Made by a program: the position numbers and the translations under genes. 64,000 nt of DNA, taken from Candidatus Latescibacterota bacterium. GTDB lineage: Bacteria; Latescibacterota; UBA2968; UBA8231. Of the stretch, positions 1 to 8,208 are shown in pieces; within the stretch, counting starts at the first letter, position 1; each line of letters opens with the position of its first letter. Below the pieces are notes generated by a model, which had not been told where the DNA came from, ran no database searches, and saw nothing but the letters and a program-made list of their open reading frames with translations. The stretch spans positions 6,688,001 to 6,752,000 of the forward strand of contig CBDETY010000003.1 in the NCBI GenBank assembly GCA_965243025.1, given 5' to 3'.

Positions 1-1821
1 GAATCGCTGGCCGGGGAAGGGATCGACAGGGAGACGGTGACCGCCGCCCTGAACACCTCGGAGTTCCGCCTGCGGGAGAACAACACCGGCTCCTACCCGC
101 GCGGTCTGGCGCTGATGCTCAGGGCGCTGACGACGTGGCTCTACGACCGCGACCCGTTCGCCCCCCTCGCGTACGCCGAACCCCTGGCGGAGGTCAGGCG
201 GAGGGGGGAAGCCGGCGGCTGGTTCGAGCAGCTGATCAGGCGCCACCTGCTCGACAACAGCCACCGCACCGCGCTCTACCTGCGCGCCGACGAGGAACAG
301 GCGCGGAGGGAGGAGCGGGAGGAAGAAGAGCGGCTGAGCCGGGCGCGGGAGGGTATGAGCGACGGACAGCTGCGGGAGATAGCCGCGGAGGCGGAAGAGC
401 TGGCGCGGCGCCAGCAGCTGCCGGACGATCCCGCCGATCTGGCCAGGCTGCCGCGCCTGACCCTGGAGGACCTGGAACCGCAGATCCGCACCATACCGCT
501 CGACAGGGGAGAGGTCGCGGGCGCTCCCGCCCTGTTCCACGACCTGTTCACCAACGGCATCGTCTACGCCGACGTCGGTTTCTCGGTGCGCGCGGTGCCG
601 GAGCGGCTGCTTCCCTGCCTGCCGCTGTTCGGGCGCGCCCTCCTCGAGATGGGCACGGAAAAGGAGGATTTCGTCCAGCTCGCGCAGCGCATCGGCGCGC
701 GCACCGGGGGCGTCTGGCCGCATACCCTGGTATCGTCCCGGCGCGGCTCGAAAGAGGCTGCGGCGCGGTTCTTTCTGCGCGGCAAGGCAATGGTCGGCCA
801 GGTCGGCGACCTCGTCGAAATCATGGGGGACATCCTCAACACGGTGAACCTCGACAACCGGGAGCGGTTCCTGCAGATGGCGCTCGAGGAGCGCGCCGAG
901 CAGGAGGCGGGCCTGGTGCCGGGGGGGCACGGGGTGGTCGCCCTGCGCCTGCGGGCGCAGCTCGACGAGGCGGCGTGGGTGTCGGAGCAGATGGAGGGGG
1001 TCAGCTACCTCTTCTTCCTGCGGCAGCTGGTCGCCGACATCGAAAACGACTGGCCCGGGGTGCTCGCCCGGCTCGAGGAGCTGCGCAGCCTGCTGGTGAA
1101 CCGGCGCACCCTGCTGTGCAACGCCACCCTGCCGGACAGCGACCGCCCCGGCTTCGAGAGGCAGCTCGCCAGGCTGGTGGAAGCGCTTCCCGATGCCCCC
1201 GCGCAAGAGGCGGCCTGGGAGCCGCGCTACGAGCGCAGGTGCGAGGGGCTGGTGATACCGGCGCAGGTCAACTACGTCGGCAAGGCCGCGAACCTCTACG
1301 AGCTCGGGTACGAGCTGCACGGCTCGGTCGCGGTGATCACCCGCTACCTCCGCAACACCTGGCTGTGGGACCGGGTCCGCGTCCAGGGCGGGGCCTACGG
1401 GGCTTTCTGCTCGTTCGACCCCTTCTCCGGGATCCTCGCCTTCGCCTCGTACCGCGACCCCAACCTCGGCGGGACCCTCGCCAACTTCGACAACTCCGGG
1501 CGCTTCCTGCGCGAGGCCGATCTCTCCGAGGAGGAGCTGACCAAGGCGGTCATCGGGACCATCGGCGACCTCGACGCCTACCAGCTGCCCGACGCGAGGG
1601 GGCACACCTCGATGGTGAGGGAGCTGACCGGACTGGACGACGGCTTCCGCCAGCAGATGCGGGACGCGGTGCTGGCGACCACGGCCGCGGATTTCCGGGC
1701 CTTCGCGGACGTGCTCGACGAGGCGGGAAGGAGCGGCCGCATCGCGGTGCTGGGGTCGCGCGACGCCCTGGAGGCGGCCAACGCAGGCGGGCAGGCCCTG
1801 GAGCTGGTGCCGGTGCTTTAG
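1..1821 (+). CDS. Insulinase-family M16C peptidase (presequence protease PreP-like), 5'-truncated by window edge
   Basis: Frame is open from base 1. Motifs FRLRENNTGSYPRGL, TNGIVY, QVNYVG and LWDRVRVQGGAYG are typical of the M16C/PreP C-terminal half. Confidence 0.9.
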   Translation, partial: ESLAGEGIDRETVTAALNTSEFRLRENNTGSYPRGLALMLRALTTWLYDRDPFAPLAYAEPLAEVRRRGEAGGWFEQLIRRHLLDNSHRTALYLRADEEQARREEREEEERLSRAREGMSDGQLREIAAEAEELARRQQLPDDPADLARLPRLTLEDLEPQIRTIPLDRGEVAGAPALFHDLFTNGIVYADVGFSVRAVPERLLPCLPLFGRALLEMGTEKEDFVQLAQRIGARTGGVWPHTLVSSRRGSKEAAARFFLRGKAMVGQVGDLVEIMGDILNTVNLDNRERFLQMALEERAEQEAGLVPGGHGVVALRLRAQLDEAAWVSEQMEGVSYLFFLRQLVADIENDWPGVLARLEELRSLLVNRRTLLCNATLPDSDRPGFERQLARLVEALPDAPAQEAAWEPRYERRCEGLVIPAQVNYVGKAANLYELGYELHGSVAVITRYLRNTWLWDRVRVQGGAYGAFCSFDPFSGILAFASYRDPNLGGTLANFDNSGRFLREADLSEEELTKAVIGTIGDLDAYQLPDARGHTSMVRELTGLDDGFRQQMRDAVLATTAADFRAFADVLDEAGRSGRIAVLGSRDALEAANAGGQALELVPVL

Positions 1822-1910
1822 ACCCCTCCGGTTCGGTCAGGCACTCGGAAGGGGTGGCGGCGGTTCCCGACCGGGCATGATTCGCCTGCGGACCCCGCGG
1901 TCCCCGAATC

Positions 1911-2180
1911 TCATTCTGCAAGGCCGGCCTTGATGCGGCCCCAGGAGCCGCTTTCCACGGCGGTTTCGTCGTACGGGCTGCTGAGAAGAACACCCCGGGC
2001 CCACAGATCGGTGTGCACCTGATCCCGCTCCGCATCCACCCCCTGTCCGAAAAGGCCGAAGGAACCGTCCTCCTCCCCCTGGTCGACATCCACCATCAAC
2101 AGGTTGAAGGTGATCTCCTTGCCGGGGTAGAGGTCCGAGACGGCGGATTCCTTCGGATCGTCCCGGAGGAACCGGGGCCA
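1911..2180 (-). pseudogene. C-terminal remnant of a secreted protein with a TAVExxxWGRIK tail (same family type as 51328..52269)
   Basis: The frame reads ...DDPKESAVSDLYPGKEITFNLLMVDVD...ETAVESGSWGRIKAGLAE*. It resembles the C-terminus of 51328..52269 (..SAAESIRHIIEVDKVIHFGVQFQDGD...DTAVETVTWARIK). No signal peptide or credible start lies before the aldolase stop at 2224. Confidence 0.6.
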
Positions 2181-2223
2181 TTCCCCGATCCCCTCCGATC
2201 TGCGGGATGCCTGGATCCGGAGA

Positions 2224-2976
2224 CTACAGAGCGGACTGGGCGCGGGCGACGAAATCCCTGGCGCCGGCCGCCAGCCAGGCCCCCACCGAGGTCAGGACCA
2301 CCCGCGCGCCGCGGCCGACGTAGTCGGCGACCTGGTCGTTGTTGGTTGTGAAACCGGCTACCCGCCCGGCGGCGTTGATGCGCGCGAGGGCGTCGGTGAT
2401 CGTGTCCTGGACCTCGGGATGAGCGGTGTCGGCGTTGTGCCCCATCGACTGGGCGAGGTCGGTGGGGGCCACGAAGAAGACGTCGATGTGATCGACCGTG
2501 AGGATCTCGTCGAGATTCCCGATCGCCTCGATGTCCTCGATCAGCACGATCAGCAGCGACTGCTCGTTGGCCTCGGCGAAGAAGTCGTCGACCCCGTACC
2601 CCTGGCGGCTGGTGTACATGCCGCGCTTGCCGGCAGGGGCGAACTTGCCGCCGTCGACGACGTTCTGCGCCTCCTCCCTGGTGTCGACGTGGGGGACGCA
2701 GATGCCGGTGGCGCCGCAGTCTAGGGTGCGGTAGATCAGGGCCTGGTCGTTCCGGTTGACGCGCACCACCGAGGTCATTCCCCAGATGTCGCAGGCGCGC
2801 GTCAGGTCCCCGAGCCGCGAGGCGTCGGCCGGGCCGTGTTCCCCCTCGAGCCAGACGCCGTCGAAGCCGTTGGGCCCGAAGGCGTCGATGCCGTCGGGGT
2901 CGGACAGGCCGCTGACGATGCAGGCGACGCCTCCGTCGGCGAGCTTCTGCTTGATCCGGTTCGGTCTGATTTTCAT
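2224..2976 (-). CDS. HpcH/HpaI class II aldolase family protein
   Basis: Starts MKIRPNRIKQKL. Motifs FDGVWLEGEHG, VVRV, LDCGATGICVPHV, LIED and FVAPTDLAQSMG. Confidence 0.9.
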   Translation of the reverse strand: MKIRPNRIKQKLADGGVACIVSGLSDPDGIDAFGPNGFDGVWLEGEHGPADASRLGDLTRACDIWGMTSVVRVNRNDQALIYRTLDCGATGICVPHVDTREEAQNVVDGGKFAPAGKRGMYTSRQGYGVDDFFAEANEQSLLIVLIEDIEAIGNLDEILTVDHIDVFFVAPTDLAQSMGHNADTAHPEVQDTITDALARINAAGRVAGFTTNNDQVADYVGRGARVVLTSVGAWLAAGARDFVARAQSAL

Positions 2977-3008
2977 CTCGGTGTTCTCTCCCGGTATATG
3001 GTGGTATT

Positions 3009-4091
3009 TCAGCGGATCTCGATCTTCCGCCCCGTATCCGCGCTGTCGTAGAGGGCGTCGAGGATCTTCATGAACAGGTGGGCCTCCGGGGCGGCGACCT
3101 CCGGCTCCGTTTCCCCGGCCACCGCCATGGCGAAGCGCTCGATCTCGTGGTAGAACGGGGACGCCCCCTCCGGCGCCTCGGTATGCTCGACATCGGATTC
3201 CTGCGGGATCTCCTCGCGGCGGTACCCGTCCCCGGTCCGGCGGAACACCGCCTCGTTCGGCGGCGAACCGGGGGCGCGGCCCAGCCCGCAGCGGGCATTT
3301 CCGGCGATGGCCCCCTCGGTGCCGTGCAGCTCGCAGGTCCGCGGCGTGTCGCAATGGCTGGAGTTGCTGCAGTCGATCTGGATCGTCCTGCCGCCGGCGC
3401 AGCCGAGCAGGCCGCTGAAGTAATCTTCCGAGGGGCCCTCCGGGCCGTCGTACAGGGGGTGCAGGTGGTGCTTGGCGGCGAAGGCCCACTCCGGCTGCGG
3501 ACAGCCCATCCACCACCACAGCAGGTTGAGGTCGTGCGACATGTGCTGGGCGAGCACGCCCCCCTTCTGCCCGTACACGTGCAGCCAGCGGTTGGCCCCG
3601 GTGATCGTCCGGGGCGGGCTCGCGTTCTTGCTGAAATAGCGGCCGTGGTAGGGCTCGCCGATCGTCCCTGAGTCCACCGCGAGGCGCACGGCGCGGTTGT
3701 GGGGATAGTGGCGCAGGTAATAGCAGAACTGGAGGACCCTGCCGGCCTCCTGCGCCGCCGCCTCCATCTCGAGGATCTCGCCGGCCCGGGTCGCGTGCGG
3801 CTTCTGCACCAGGACGTGCCTGCCCGCGGCGAGGCTGTCGATGACCATCGGCGTGCGGATGTCGGGCGGGACGCCGAGATAGACCGCCTCGACGCTCCCG
3901 TCGCTCAACAGCTCGCGGTAGTCGGAGCAGCGGCCGGGGATGGCGAACTCGTCGGCCAGCGGATCGCGGCGCCCGCTGTCGGGATCGGCGATCGCCGCGC
4001 TCTCTACCCGCTCCATCTGCGACGCCGAGAGCGCCGCCTGCCTGCCGGTGAACCCCGCCCCGGCGATGCCGAGCCGAAGCGGCCGGCTCAC
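3009..4091 (-). CDS. Gfo/Idh/MocA family oxidoreductase
   Basis: N-terminal GIAGAGFTG Rossmann motif, HVLVQKP (EKP variant) and GGVLAQHMSHDLN. Confidence 0.9.
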   Translation of the reverse strand: MSRPLRLGIAGAGFTGRQAALSASQMERVESAAIADPDSGRRDPLADEFAIPGRCSDYRELLSDGSVEAVYLGVPPDIRTPMVIDSLAAGRHVLVQKPHATRAGEILEMEAAAQEAGRVLQFCYYLRHYPHNRAVRLAVDSGTIGEPYHGRYFSKNASPPRTITGANRWLHVYGQKGGVLAQHMSHDLNLLWWWMGCPQPEWAFAAKHHLHPLYDGPEGPSEDYFSGLLGCAGGRTIQIDCSNSSHCDTPRTCELHGTEGAIAGNARCGLGRAPGSPPNEAVFRRTGDGYRREEIPQESDVEHTEAPEGASPFYHEIERFAMAVAGETEPEVAAPEAHLFMKILDALYDSADTGRKIEIR

Positions 4092-4119
4092 GGGGGTTGC
4101 CTGTCCGCCGGAGCCGCCA

Positions 4120-5472
4120 TCAACAGATCGTCCCCCGGTGATGCCCGATGCCGTTTCCCGGCGGCGGGTCGCCGACCCAGCGGCTGTCGATCGGCTCGGA
4201 GGCGAGCTGGTAGCGGGAGTCGGTGGAGATGCGCAGGCGGTCGGTCTGGTTGTCGTGGGCGGCGTGCATGGTGTGCATGGTGAAGACGAGCAGGTCGCCC
4301 ATCCTGTAGTCGGCGGTCAGCCAGCGGCCTCCGAGGTCGGCGCGGGCGTCGATCGGGTCCTTGCCGTAGGGGCCGAGAGTGGTCCACTGAATGCGGTTCC
4401 TCTCTTCGCCGGTCAGCTCGCGGTTCTCCGCCTTCGCGGCGGCGATGATTTCGGCCGCCTCCCCGGAGTTCTCGCAGAACAGGTTGACGTCCGCCTGGCC
4501 GTAGGTCGCCTTGAGTTCCTCCTGCAGGTGCGAGCCCTCGAGCAGCATCAGCCCGCCCATTTCGAACGGGATGTCGTCGAGGGGGGTCCAGGAGGTGTAG
4601 AGGTTCCTGGTGCCGCGCGACATGAACACGATGTCGCAATGCGGCTCGGTGGCGACCGCCTCTCCCTGCGTCTTTGCCCGGAACCAGGTGTAGTCGAAGT
4701 GCGCCACCGGGCCGCCGAGGAAGAGCTCGTAGAACTCGATCATGCGGCCGGAGTAGAGCAGCCTGTCGATCTCGGGGTTGTCGACCGGCACGTCCTGGGC
4801 CGAGCGCATCCGCGTTCCCGGCTTGAACCGGCCCTCCTCGAGGGGGGTTCCCTCCTCGAAGGTGCCCGAGGCGGCGAGCCGCCTCAGGGCGCTCATGCGC
4901 GCCGCGACGACCTCGCCGCGGTCGAGGTACCCGGGAAGGAAGAGATAGCCGTCGGCGGCCATGCGGCGGTGCAGCTCGCCGCGGTCTCCGGCGACGTCGA
5001 TGGAGCTGCGCAGGAGGCCGACCCCGGACATGTCGAGGGAACGGCCGCTGAAGGTGAACTGGGGCAGTGTTTCGGTCGTCATCGGAACCTGTTTCGATTG
5101 CGATTGCGGAGGCGGGGTTGGAGTGCGGAAAGATAGACCGGAGCCCGGGGAACTGCGAGCGGCGCCGGGGATGGAAACCGGATCTTCAGGCCCCTCGGGG
5201 ACCGGTGGCTTTGCGGGAGAGGGCTGGGCGGCCGAAGCTTCCCCGGAGTCGGGCGGGTCCGCGGCGGGGGGGAGGTGGAGGATCAGCTCGTCGACGCTCT
5301 CGCATCCCAGGGCGCGGTAGATGCGGTCGAGGGTGTCGAGGTCGATGCGCTTGATCCCGCCGTTGACCAGGCGGTTCACCTGCTGCCGCGGCATCCCGAT
5401 TCTGCGGGCGAGCTCGGACTGCGTGGGGGCTCCCTCCCTTTCGAGCAGCTCCCTGAGGCGGAACTTCATCAT
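4120..5472 (-). CDS. Cro/C1 (XRE) HTH fused through a Pro/Ser-rich linker to a PhyH-family Fe(II)/2OG dioxygenase
   Basis: GGAGG RBS before the ATG at 5472. HTH segment LRELLEREGAPTQSELARRIGMPRQQVNRLVNG..RIDLDTL. The PhyH domain starts at an internal ATG at 5082 and has DGYLFL, HCD, WTPL, TMH and RISTDSRYQ. The frame is uninterrupted. Confidence 0.85.
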   Translation of the reverse strand: MMKFRLRELLEREGAPTQSELARRIGMPRQQVNRLVNGGIKRIDLDTLDRIYRALGCESVDELILHLPPAADPPDSGEASAAQPSPAKPPVPEGPEDPVSIPGAARSSPGSGLSFRTPTPPPQSQSKQVPMTTETLPQFTFSGRSLDMSGVGLLRSSIDVAGDRGELHRRMAADGYLFLPGYLDRGEVVAARMSALRRLAASGTFEEGTPLEEGRFKPGTRMRSAQDVPVDNPEIDRLLYSGRMIEFYELFLGGPVAHFDYTWFRAKTQGEAVATEPHCDIVFMSRGTRNLYTSWTPLDDIPFEMGGLMLLEGSHLQEELKATYGQADVNLFCENSGEAAEIIAAAKAENRELTGEERNRIQWTTLGPYGKDPIDARADLGGRWLTADYRMGDLLVFTMHTMHAAHDNQTDRLRISTDSRYQLASEPIDSRWVGDPPPGNGIGHHRGTIC

Positions 5473-5543
5473 GGATCGTGTCCTCCCCTTCCGGATGCGG
5501 AACCTGGTCGCGGGCAATCAAGCAAAAAAGGGATTGGGTTTCC

Positions 5544-5561
5544 GTCAACAGAAATGTTCAC
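5544..5561. promoter_or_regulatory. Imperfect palindrome GTCAACA-N4-TGTTCAC, candidate operator overlapping a minus-strand TTGACG -35-like hexamer
   Basis: 7-bp inverted repeat with 1 mismatch in an AT-richer divergent intergenic region upstream of the HTH-PhyH gene. Confidence 0.35.
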
Positions 5562-5771
5562 AGAAGATGGCCCTGCGGAATCCACCCGAAAACGTCCGTA
5601 TCGAGAATCGGCGAGGTCGTCGTTTCAACCGGGGCAACTCACTGTTCGGGGATTGCCTGCCGTCGCCCGGGGGGCGACCTTCAACCCGGGCCCCTTTCCA
5701 AAACCGACAACCGGTTGTCCGGGGCGTCCTGTCCGGCGGCGGAAACTCCCCGGGGCTGCGAGAAGGAAATT

Positions 5772-7226
5772 GTGAACAACCAGGCTCGTCATCTGGCGGG
5801 CGGCATCCGGTCGCCGAGGAGGAATGGAACGCCCGTCCCCCGTGCGCCGGCCCTCCCCCGCGTCTGCGGCGGCCTCCTCTGTCTCGTCACCCTCGGCGCC
5901 ACCGCCTGCTCCGGGCCCTCCCCCGAGGCGCTGGCGCATTTCGCCGACTGCGAGCTGGAGTCCGGGCAGGGGCAGCTGCTCGACGCCGTGAAGACCTGCG
6001 GGAAGGCACTCGAGGCGGATCCGGAGCACCTCGAGGCGAGGCTGCTGCTGGGGCGGCTCCTGCTGAAGCTCGGAGAGATACGGCCGGCGGTTCAGCAGAC
6101 CCGGAGAGCGGTCGAGCTCGCCCCCGGAAACGTCGATGCCCGCGTCGCCCTCGGCGACGCGCTCCTGAGGTTGCGGGCGACGGAAGACGCCGGGGCGGCC
6201 TACGAGGAGGCGGAACGGCTCGACCCGTCCCGCGCGGAGATCCCGCGCAAGTTGTCGATCGTGTACAGCGACCAGAACATGTACGCGAAGGCGGTCGCCG
6301 CCCTGACCCGGGCGCTCGGCCTCGAACCACAGCACGCGCCCACCCGTTACAGCCTCGCCCTCGTGTACGAACGGCAGGGCCGCTACGACAAGGCGGTCGC
6401 CGAGCTCGAGCGCGCCACCGCGCTCGATACCACCCACCTCGACGCGCTGACCCGCCTGGCGCAGATCCAGGTCAGGCTCGGAAGGTACGGAGATGGCGAG
6501 AAGCGCCTGCGGGAGGCCCTGCGCCGGCGTCCGGGCGATTCCGGGGCGCTTGCCGCCCTGGGAGGGGTCATGCTCCAGCAGGGCCGGCTCGCCGAAGCGG
6601 AGAGGGCATTCCAGGCGGCGATCACCCTCGATCCGTTCGACCAGGAGTCCCTGCATCGCCTGGGGACGATGTACGTCAGGCAGGGGAGGGCGGCCGAAGG
6701 GAAGAGACTGCTCGATTCCTTCGAGCGCCTCTCCGCCGTCAACGAGCAGATCGTCCACTACCGCTACCTCCTGCAGCTGTACGAGGACGACGCCAGCGCC
6801 CACTACAACCTCGGCGTGCTCTACGCCGGGCAGGGGCACCTGAAGGCGGCGGCCAGACAATACGAGCGCGCCCTGGAGATCAACCCGGCGAACTTGAGCG
6901 CCCGCAACAATCTGGCGAACATTCACCTGCGCCGCCGCGACGGCCGGGCGGCAATCGAGGAGCTCGAGAAAATCATCGCCCTCGATCCCCGCTACGCCCG
7001 CGGCTACAACAACCTGGGATCGGCTTACCTGATGGTGGGGGAGGAGGCCATGGCGACCCGTCTTTTCCAGAAGGCGATCCGGATCGAACCGGACCTCGCG
7101 GACGCCCACTACAACCTCGCCCAGGTGTATCTTCAGAAGGGCCTGGAAATGGATGCCCGGAAGGAGCTGGAGGTCTACAGGCGCCTGCGGGAAAAGCCCG
7201 GGCAGAAAAAGGATCTCGGCGGATGA
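5772..7226 (+). CDS. Tetratricopeptide-repeat protein, probable lipoprotein
   Basis: AGAAGGA RBS with GTG at 5772. Hydrophobic stretch ending ATAC (lipobox-like). Many TPR units (AHYNLGVLY, ARNNLANI, GYNNLGSAY, AHYNLAQVY). Confidence 0.85.
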   Translation: MNNQARHLAGGIRSPRRNGTPVPRAPALPRVCGGLLCLVTLGATACSGPSPEALAHFADCELESGQGQLLDAVKTCGKALEADPEHLEARLLLGRLLLKLGEIRPAVQQTRRAVELAPGNVDARVALGDALLRLRATEDAGAAYEEAERLDPSRAEIPRKLSIVYSDQNMYAKAVAALTRALGLEPQHAPTRYSLALVYERQGRYDKAVAELERATALDTTHLDALTRLAQIQVRLGRYGDGEKRLREALRRRPGDSGALAALGGVMLQQGRLAEAERAFQAAITLDPFDQESLHRLGTMYVRQGRAAEGKRLLDSFERLSAVNEQIVHYRYLLQLYEDDASAHYNLGVLYAGQGHLKAAARQYERALEINPANLSARNNLANIHLRRRDGRAAIEELEKIIALDPRYARGYNNLGSAYLMVGEEAMATRLFQKAIRIEPDLADAHYNLAQVYLQKGLEMDARKELEVYRRLREKPGQKKDLGG

Positions 7227-8098
7227 TTCTGCGCATGTGCGGCACCGAAATGGAGATGGGGGGGAAGTACCTGGGTGAGCTGCGCGAGACCCGCCGATCC
7301 CCGGACGATCCCGGTGCTCTCCGCGACCGCCTCGAAGAGGACGGCTACCTCCTGTTGCGCGGGCTTCACTCGCGGGACCGCGTGCTGGCCGCGAGACGCC
7401 GGATCCTCGAGGCGATGGATGCCGCCGGCAGGCTCGACCGCACCCGCCCGCTGATGGAAGGCGCGGTCGCCGACCCGCCCCTGGAAGGGGAGCCGTACGA
7501 TGCGCGGGGAGTCACGCGGTCCGTGGAGATGCTGGGACTGGTCGAGTCGCCGGAGATCATCGGTTTTTTCGAAGGGATTCTCGGCGGCGAGGTGTGCACC
7601 TTCGACTACAAGTGGGTGCGCGTGGTCCCTCCCGGGACCAACACCGCCGCCCACTACGACGTCGTCTACATGGGACTGGGTACGAGGGACCTGTTCACCT
7701 GCTGGACGCCGATCGGGGACGTCACCCCGGAGATGGGTTCCCTCGCCGTTCTCGCCGGCTCCCACAGGATCGAGAAAATCAGGGAGACCTACGGCCGCAT
7801 GGATGTCGACCGGGACCGGATCGAGGGCCTGTTCTCGAAAGACCCGCTCGAGATGGTCGACCGTTACGGAGGCCGCTGGCTGACCACCGGTTTCGCCCCG
7901 GGGGACGCTCTGATCTTCGGCATGTACACGATGCACGCCTCCCTCGACAACATCTCCGACAGGTTCCGCCTCTGTGCGGACACGCGCTACCAGCTGGCCT
8001 CCGAACCGGTGGACGGCCGCTTCATGGGAGGAGAACCGTTCATCCGGGAAACCCCGGTTCACACCATCGAGGAGATGCGGGAGAAATGGGGGGTGTGA
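7223..8098 (+). CDS. PhyH-family Fe(II)/2OG dioxygenase
   Basis: ATGA overlap with the TPR stop. Motifs DGYLLLR, HYD, CWTPIGD, TMH and RLCADTRYQ. Paralog of the PhyH domain at 4120..5082. Confidence 0.9.
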   Translation: MILRMCGTEMEMGGKYLGELRETRRSPDDPGALRDRLEEDGYLLLRGLHSRDRVLAARRRILEAMDAAGRLDRTRPLMEGAVADPPLEGEPYDARGVTRSVEMLGLVESPEIIGFFEGILGGEVCTFDYKWVRVVPPGTNTAAHYDVVYMGLGTRDLFTCWTPIGDVTPEMGSLAVLAGSHRIEKIRETYGRMDVDRDRIEGLFSKDPLEMVDRYGGRWLTTGFAPGDALIFGMYTMHASLDNISDRFRLCADTRYQLASEPVDGRFMGGEPFIRETPVHTIEEMREKWGV

Positions 8099-8208
8099 GG
8101 AGGGGGCCGTGCAGGGGCCGCCTGTTTCGGCAAACACACCCATGCCCGCTTACCCGGAGACGGGTGCCGGGCGTGCGTCGCCGCGGCGCTGACCGGCGGA
8201 AAGGCTCG

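Noticed and set aside
2977-3519. N-terminal extension of the aldolase ORF, and similar extensions of 5321..8098, 7594..10308, 20568..21986, 23126..24760, 30964..32316 and 55712..57697
   Set aside because: The extensions overlap neighbouring genes in other frames. Family similarity and RBS position indicate the later starts.
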